This document shows, piece after piece, positions 57,311 through 64,000 of a stretch of DNA of 64,000 bases; positions within the stretch are counted from its first letter, which is position 1, and each line of letters starts with the position of its first letter. A program made the position numbers and the translations under genes. Under the pieces are notes generated by a model. That model had not been told where the DNA came from, searched no databases, and was given only the letters and a program-made list of their open reading frames with translations. This stretch comes from Eledone cirrhosa (taxonomy: Eukaryota). The stretch covers positions 77,500,001-77,564,000 of the forward strand of contig OZ024744.1 in assembly GCA_964016885.1 (NCBI GenBank), read 5' to 3'.

Positions 57311-57998
57311 AGTTATGTAATAAACAACATAAGGCAATTATTTCATTTACCAGTGGTTTCTTAAAAGCAAACAAATTTTGTTTTCAATCATCAGAATGAA
57401 AAAATCCTGGTGTATTTATTGACATTGGATTTTAAAAACAAATATATAATCTATATGGAAGTGAGGCTGGAAAAGGAAGAAGGAAAGTAAAAATAAACAC
57501 ACATGCACACACACACAATTACATACACACACATATATACATACACATATATATACACACACACATACACACACACACATATATATGTATATATATATAT
57601 ATATATACACACATACATACATACACACATATATCAACATATCCATGCATACACATACACACAAATACACAAACACGCACACACACTCACACATGCATAT
57701 ATATATATATACACACAATCATACATATATATACACACGTACATACACACAAATACATACACACATATATACACGCATACATACGCATGCACAGATATAG
57801 ATATATGTACACATACCTACATACGCACACACACAAATAATTATAAGAAAAAATATAATAATAAAAATGAATATAAAAATTATTATAAAGTTGACAGCGA
57901 TACAGGCAACAAATAAATGAACAAACACACGTGGTAAGCAATACACACAATTGCACATACACATACATACGTAAATATAAATACATACACACACACAC

Positions 57999-58039
<41 letters not shown>

Positions 58040-58306
58040 CATACATACACATACACATATACATACACACACTCACATATATACATATATACATATATAT
58101 ACACACATATATACATACATATACACAAACACATACATACAAATACATATACACACATATGTATGTGTGTAAAACTTATTCTTAGATGTATTCATATGAA
58201 CATTGTTTAACTCTTAAATATGTATACATACATATATACATACATACACATATATATATATATACACATATACATACACACATAAACACATACATATATA
58301 TATAAC

Positions 58307-58590
58307 AAATAAAAAGTTGGGATTACGACAAATAATAAATAAATAAATAATTAGAAAAGGGTATAAATGTTTATAGCTGATTTAGAGCACTCAAGATGTT
58401 CCTGGAACAAATGATCAATGAAAATAAGCATTAAATCACTGTATATAATTATATACAGTGATTTAATGCTTATTTTCATTGATCATTTACTCCAGGAACT
58501 TGTTGAGTGCTCTAAATCAGCTATAAACATTTATACCTTTTTCTAATTATTTATTTATTTATTATTTGTCGTAATCCCAACTTTTTATTT
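58307..58590. repeat. Spacerless palindrome of a family A-related pLTR distal end
   Basis: Centre cactgtatataattatatacagtg; the arms share tataaatgtttata.ctgatttagagcactc with ~56047-56077. Confidence 0.75.
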
Positions 58591-58592
58591 CT

Positions 58593-58677
<85 letters not shown>

Positions 58678-58775
58678 ATATATGTGTGTGTATGTATATG
58701 TATATATATATGAATGTATATATATATATATATTAAGAGAGTAAAACAAAAGCCTTCAATACATCAAAAGTCTTT

Positions 58776-58820
58776 ATTAGCCGACAATGTTTCGTCCTAT
58801 TAAGGACTCATCAGGGCAAT
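58776..58820 (-). ncRNA. Minimal type I hammerhead ribozyme (3' pLTR of the Penelope)
   Basis: Reverse complement of the 63362-63406 motif. Confidence 0.9.
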
Positions 58821-60601
58821 TAAAACAACAAGAAGTAATATCGGCAGATACAAGCCGGAAGCTCCGAAGAATATGGAGTGTACATACACTAAAGTATTGC
58901 AAAAATATATAATAAAAATAATAAAAATATATAATAAAAATTACTAAGGATGTATATAACATTAAGAACCATATTACAAATATAGTCCAAAGCAAAAAAA
59001 ACTAGAGCTAAACAAAGGTGGTTATATAGAGCAGGAATTATATATAATACAATGTAACATTATACAAAATACCTTTACCAACATTACAATTACAATAAAA
59101 ATCAAAAGGTACAATATGCATATGTATATATGTGCGCACACGTACACACACATACAACAATACACACATCCATCTTCAACTGCACAAATTAAACCTTATT
59201 AAGAGTTTGAATATAAAAATAAGCATGATAGGAATGAAAATAATAATAATAATAATACTAATACATCTACCCAATATACATGAGGTAATAATATGATATA
59301 ATTATAAGTAGCACATATAATAAATAATAAACAATACAATTATATACTATATAATATAATAGAATAGATAATCTCCGGTTAATGTACACAAACAATATAG
59401 ATGTCACAATAATAATATAATAATAATATACTAACATTTAATATACAATATACTAACATTTATAATAAACAATATATAATGGTACTCAAGTTAACAAATC
59501 AATTCATACTGGGTTACAGAGTAGGTGAGGAAAAATAAATTGTACAATACCCCAAAAAAAATGTTGATGGTACAAAAAATACAAACATCTTACATGATAT
59601 ATAAAGTTTAACATATCATAATGTTACATATAATTAACGGTAAGTAATAAGGATCAATATTACAATAAAAAATACAATATAATATAATATATTATATAAA
59701 ATAAATTAACATAATATAATATACAATTACTTATAATTACAAGGTTGGTAGACAGACATGTATATGGATGAGTGAGTAAGTGCCAGACAGTAAATATAAT
59801 GCACAGTAGTATTACAAATAAAATATAAAATATAAAATATAGAATAAAATAAATAAATAGAATCAACCGGAAATTAAAAAACAAAAACAAACGTATACAT
59901 TTAGGTCTCACATGCAGTTAAGTAGTTAAGTAAAAACTAAGGAAACAACCCCTTGTAAATGACTCGAAAACCCTATTTGATAAATTAATATTAAAAATAT
60001 TTAAACTATCCAATAAGGCAGTATAATATTAGCTATAGTTTAAGTAATTAAAGTTTATAAACGTTAATATTTCGTTATAAATGTTTACAAAAAGGAATGA
60101 AAATTTTTTACTATCATATACATAACGATATCTAAAAAACTGACTTAAGTAGAATTAAGGTAGGCTAACAGGGACAGAAATGAAGAAATATATGGAGGAT
60201 GCAAAGGGGCATAAAATATAGTCGATATACTATATTACATAATAGAAAGGAGCGTAAAAGAGGGGGGGGTTAAATATAATCATAGTCAATTTGGAGGGGT
60301 TGACAATAAGTTTATGTGCGCATGGGGGGGGGGGGGTTATCCAAAGAAGAATCCGAATAAAAAATAAAAATAAAAATAAGAATAAAATAAAATAAATAGC
60401 GTAAAATATATAATCTTATATACATTCATAAGGTGTAATAGTGAAAATTTAATGCGTAAGAAGATAGATATGGTACAGAAGCCAAAAGATTATGAGAGCT
60501 AGAATAAAGAGTCATCAAAAACCAATGATAATAATGATGGTAATAATAATGTTGGCAAACAAAAGAACCTAAACTAAAAAATAAATAATGGAATATATCA
60601 G

Positions 60602-63290
60602 CTAATGGGTACAATTTGTACTACTAGAACGTTTAGGTTTATAATAAAAGTATGAATTAGAAATAGCGTGGGGGCAAGAAGAGAATATCTCAGACTTTCT
60701 ATTAAGTAAGGATACGCTAGAGAAAATTATAGAGTGTGTCTCGAGGATACAGAGATTACAAAACTTAGTATGTGTAGAAAGGTGGTTAGAGCGTGCTACT
60801 AAACGCCAGCTAAGGCTATATGGTATATAAGCTCCCTTAAGATCCCAGATATAATGTGCTAAAGAAGTAGAATTCTTAAACTTAACATGTTTGAAATTAG
60901 AGATATGAGAGTTAAACCTAGTCTTAAAAGTGTTAGATGTAGAGCCTATATAAGTTCTATTAGAGGAATTAGTTATAACTTCGCAAGCATAGACAATGTT
61001 CTTAGAAAGGCAGTTACCGTTTAAAGGGCAGTTAGCACTCACTCTACAATTGCACTTCCGGGTGTTATTGGTTGGCTCAAGTGGTGATGCATTACACGTA
61101 GGATTGCTATTAGATAAGGACTGTTCTGGTGGTAATGCATTGCCAGATCTGTTCAGACTAGTAGTATGTAGAGAGGAGAATCCATCCCTAATTTTCCTAT
61201 TGTTAGTGCTAGCTAAATGAGAACTAATATTAGGGGTGGTAGAGAATGAAAGTTTAATAACATTTTTATTAAAAATACTATGGTATTTATGAGAAGGGGG
61301 GAAATTTTTCTCTAAGATAGAGAAGAAAGACCTAGGGATATTAGTTGATACTTCCTGATTATATGGCGGGTTAAAATAAGTATTTAATCGCCTTCTATTT
61401 TTATTCTTACCGACTCTACCATTATCAAATATCCCACCATCGAGATTAGGGTTACTACAAAGATTAGTTAAAGCCGCATTCATAGAATCAGCCAAAATTT
61501 CATTAAGTCTATTACAGTTTCTACCTCCAGTAGATCTGCTGCTGTCCGGAATCCCATCATAAGGATTAGGGCCAATGATAGGATCAGTAGGAGCAACATT
61601 ATTAGAATAAGATCCAGCAAAATTATCACCAATGTGTGAGCCCTCAGGGGATTCAACTTGTTTCCTAGAGGTATTATATTCACTATTACGAATCCGGTGG
61701 GTTAACTTATGGATGGGTTCAGATACGCCTATATAATTTTTACGGTTACTATGTTTGTTACTCCCATTCATGGCCATGTTATGTGATATTATGTTATTAT
61801 TATTAAAAGTAAGCGGAGACTTTCTAAGGTTACTATTATTATAGTGTATTTTACTAGAGTAACCTGAATTTGCTAGGGCATTATTATAGTACTCCGCATG
61901 TTCATTAAATGTTCCTACGTCCTTAGAGAGTGTGGAAATCCTATTAGATACACCCTTAATTATAGAGCTTATCATAGACTTGGGGTGGTTAGAATTGGGA
62001 CTAACATAAGAAAGTATTTCATTAGGCTTATGGAAGGGTTTAAAACTATTAATGACCAAGTCCAAAGTCACATCTAAAAAGTTAACCGCTCTATCATTTC
62101 TATCTATCGTGATCGAAAGGTTATAGCTTTTAAAAAACTTATAAAGCTTCTTCTTATTATGTTCTACATTGTTGGTGCTAGAGTTAATTACAAACAATGC
62201 ATCATCACGATATAGTCCGCCTATAAGGTGCGGGAAGGTAGCATATAGTTCATTAAGGAGGAACAACCCAACAAGATCAGTAACCTGGGCCGAATCACTC
62301 GAACCCATTGTAACGTCGAAATTATTGGGCGTGTTTTTACGGGCTCAAAATGTGTCCTCAAATTTAATAATAGTTTTACGGGCTGATAGTATAATATCTA
62401 CCTGTGATCGTGTAAGGCTGGACACTCTCATGGCCAACATTAAAGCTTTATTGAGGAGGATGGGTGAAATTGATGTGTAGTAGGCATCAATATCGAATTG
62501 GATAAACTTATTAGATTCAAGTCTATTAATCCCGGAGAACCAATCTATAACTTCCTTAGTGTTCCCCCATAGGTTAAAATTAACCTTATCCCTAACATCT
62601 GGTATAATAAGGTCAAAGATTTTTTTACTGATAATGGCTATATCAGACTTAGAAGGACAGATGAGTCTAACAGAGGGGTTACTAATAAAATCAACCTTAT
62701 GATCCTTAAGAGTGAATCTCGGTTCTCGAGGGTAATATGGCTGGGTATACTTATCGAGGCCGAGGTCAGAGACAATTCTAAGGCCCTCACTATTGATGTG
62801 GTTCAAATTCTCAAGCGTAGTTTTTTTTATAGTTTCTATGCAGCTCCTTATAAATAAAGTCGCGGTAAGCACTATAATCCATGGAGTATAGATTCTTAGT
62901 CTTATCTGCCGGGACAAGAATGGACTTATTCTCACCGAAACCCTTAACAATATTTTTAAGTCTAGACTGGAACTTATCAAAATTATTATAATTTCTATGT
63001 CTATTATTTGGCCTATACTTAATATTTTTGACAAGAGAGAGTAAGTCACTTTCAAAACTATCTAACAGAATATTGTGTGGTGGGCTCTTATAAGTTTTGA
63101 AGCCGTAGTTATTAAAATTAGTTCTATTCCTGGGGTCCTTCCTATTCTTATTATTATCATAGTGGAAAGCACGCCATCTAATCCTTTTTACAAAGGAGTT
63201 AACACTAGCTATCAATAGTTTTTCGTAAGTATTCTTAGAGGGGGTGGGAATATTCTTCAGAGATAAAGGCAGGTAACTCTTTGTTAGCAT
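60602..63290 (-). pseudogene. PLE polyprotein (reverse transcriptase + GIY-YIG endonuclease), ~895 codons, with one frameshift and one in-frame TGA
   Basis: Motifs seen: N-terminal SLKNIPTPS..KRIRWRA, ADKT, RT FIQFDIDAYYTSI, FDVTMGS, LYRDD, NFLDVTLDL, FNPPY, CNC..CPLNGNCL, IVY..YIGSTSNTFKTRFNSH, CNLC..E, SCPH. The frameshift falls in an A9 run (~62820-62828). The TGA at 62347-62345 is in frame with the downstream ORF. Confidence 0.92.
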
Positions 63291-63361
63291 ACTGTCAGAT
63301 ATATATATATATATAAAGGCCAAAATACCAGTATCTGCCGATATTACTTCTTGTTGTTTTA

Positions 63362-63406
63362 ATTGCCCTGATGAGTCCTTAATAGGACGAAACATTGTCG
63401 GCTAAT
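63362..63406 (+). ncRNA. Minimal type I hammerhead ribozyme (inverted pLTR of the Penelope)
   Basis: attgcc-CTGATGA-gtcc ttaata ggac-GAAA-cattg-TC-ggctaat: canonical core with a GUC triplet. Confidence 0.9.
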
Positions 63407-64000
63407 AAAGACTTTTGATGTATTGAAGGCTTCTTTGTTTTACTCTCTTAATTTTTCGGCTCTGTTTAACTACATTGAGCTATACCTTTTAGCTATACGA
63501 AGAGGGTGTTTAACTCCAACACGCTCCAGTATTTTAACCCTTATATATATATATATATATATTTAAGAGTTAAACAAGATTCATATGAATACATCTAAGA
63601 ATGAGTTTTACATACATACATATGTGTGTATATGTATTTGTATGTATGTGTTTGTGTATATGTATGTATATATGTGTGTATATATATATGTATATATGTA
63701 TATATGTATATATGTGAGTGTGTGTATGTATATGTGTATGTGTATGTATGTGTATATGTATATGTATATGTATATGTATGTATGTGTATGTATTTATATT
63801 TACGTATGTATGTGTATGTGCAATTGTGTGTATTGCTTACCACGTGTGTTTGTTCATTTATTTGTTGCCTGTATCGCTGTCAACTTTATAATCATTTGTA
63901 TATTCATTTTTATTATTACATTTTTTCTTATAATTATTTGTGTGTGTGCGTATGTAGGTATGTGTACATATATCTATATCTGTGCATGCGTATGTATGCG

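Larger units (their letters stand above)
58735..63545 (-). mobile_element. Near-intact Penelope-like retroelement (probably Naiad clade): ORF, ~1.8 kb AT-rich 3' region, sense 3' pLTR and inverted pLTR copy at the 5' end
   Basis: The RT+GIY-YIG ORF lies at 63290-60602. The segment 58735-58851 is the reverse complement of ~63331-63450 and both contain the same hammerhead. Both ends abut (TA)n. Confidence 0.92.

Noticed and set aside
62345-62347. In-frame TGA in the Naiad-type ORF as selenocysteine recoding (reported for some Naiad elements)
   Set aside because: It falls at F*ARK upstream of FDVTMGS, where I recall related elements having Trp, and the conserved EN cysteines are normal Cys codons. 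A TGG>TGA nonsense change is simpler. No SECIS was identified by eye; a SECIS search of 58850-60600 would settle it.

Overview
Eukaryotic, very repeat-dense, apparently non-genic DNA. The AT-rich, microsatellite-saturated composition and the tRNA-derived SINE types suggest a cephalopod such as Octopus (inference). No host gene could be supported; nearly all long ORFs in the track are translations of simple repeats. Recognisable elements are a near-intact Penelope-like retroelement (RT + C-terminal GIY-YIG, Naiad-type motifs; 58.7-63.5 kb) and three decayed PLE fragments, a 5'-truncated RTE LINE, CRE-like LINE fragments, an internally deleted mariner, a non-autonomous Helitron, hAT/pogo MITEs, many SINEs and several satellites. 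The main unusual signal is about a dozen short fold-back (palindromic) insertions, mostly in (TA)n tracts. Their arms are Penelope pseudo-LTR ends from about six sequence families, and many arms carry minimal type I hammerhead ribozymes on opposite strands, including a U3-A8 compensatory core variant. The near-intact Penelope shows the same inverted-end architecture. All coordinates were read by eye; boundaries are approximate to a few bases.
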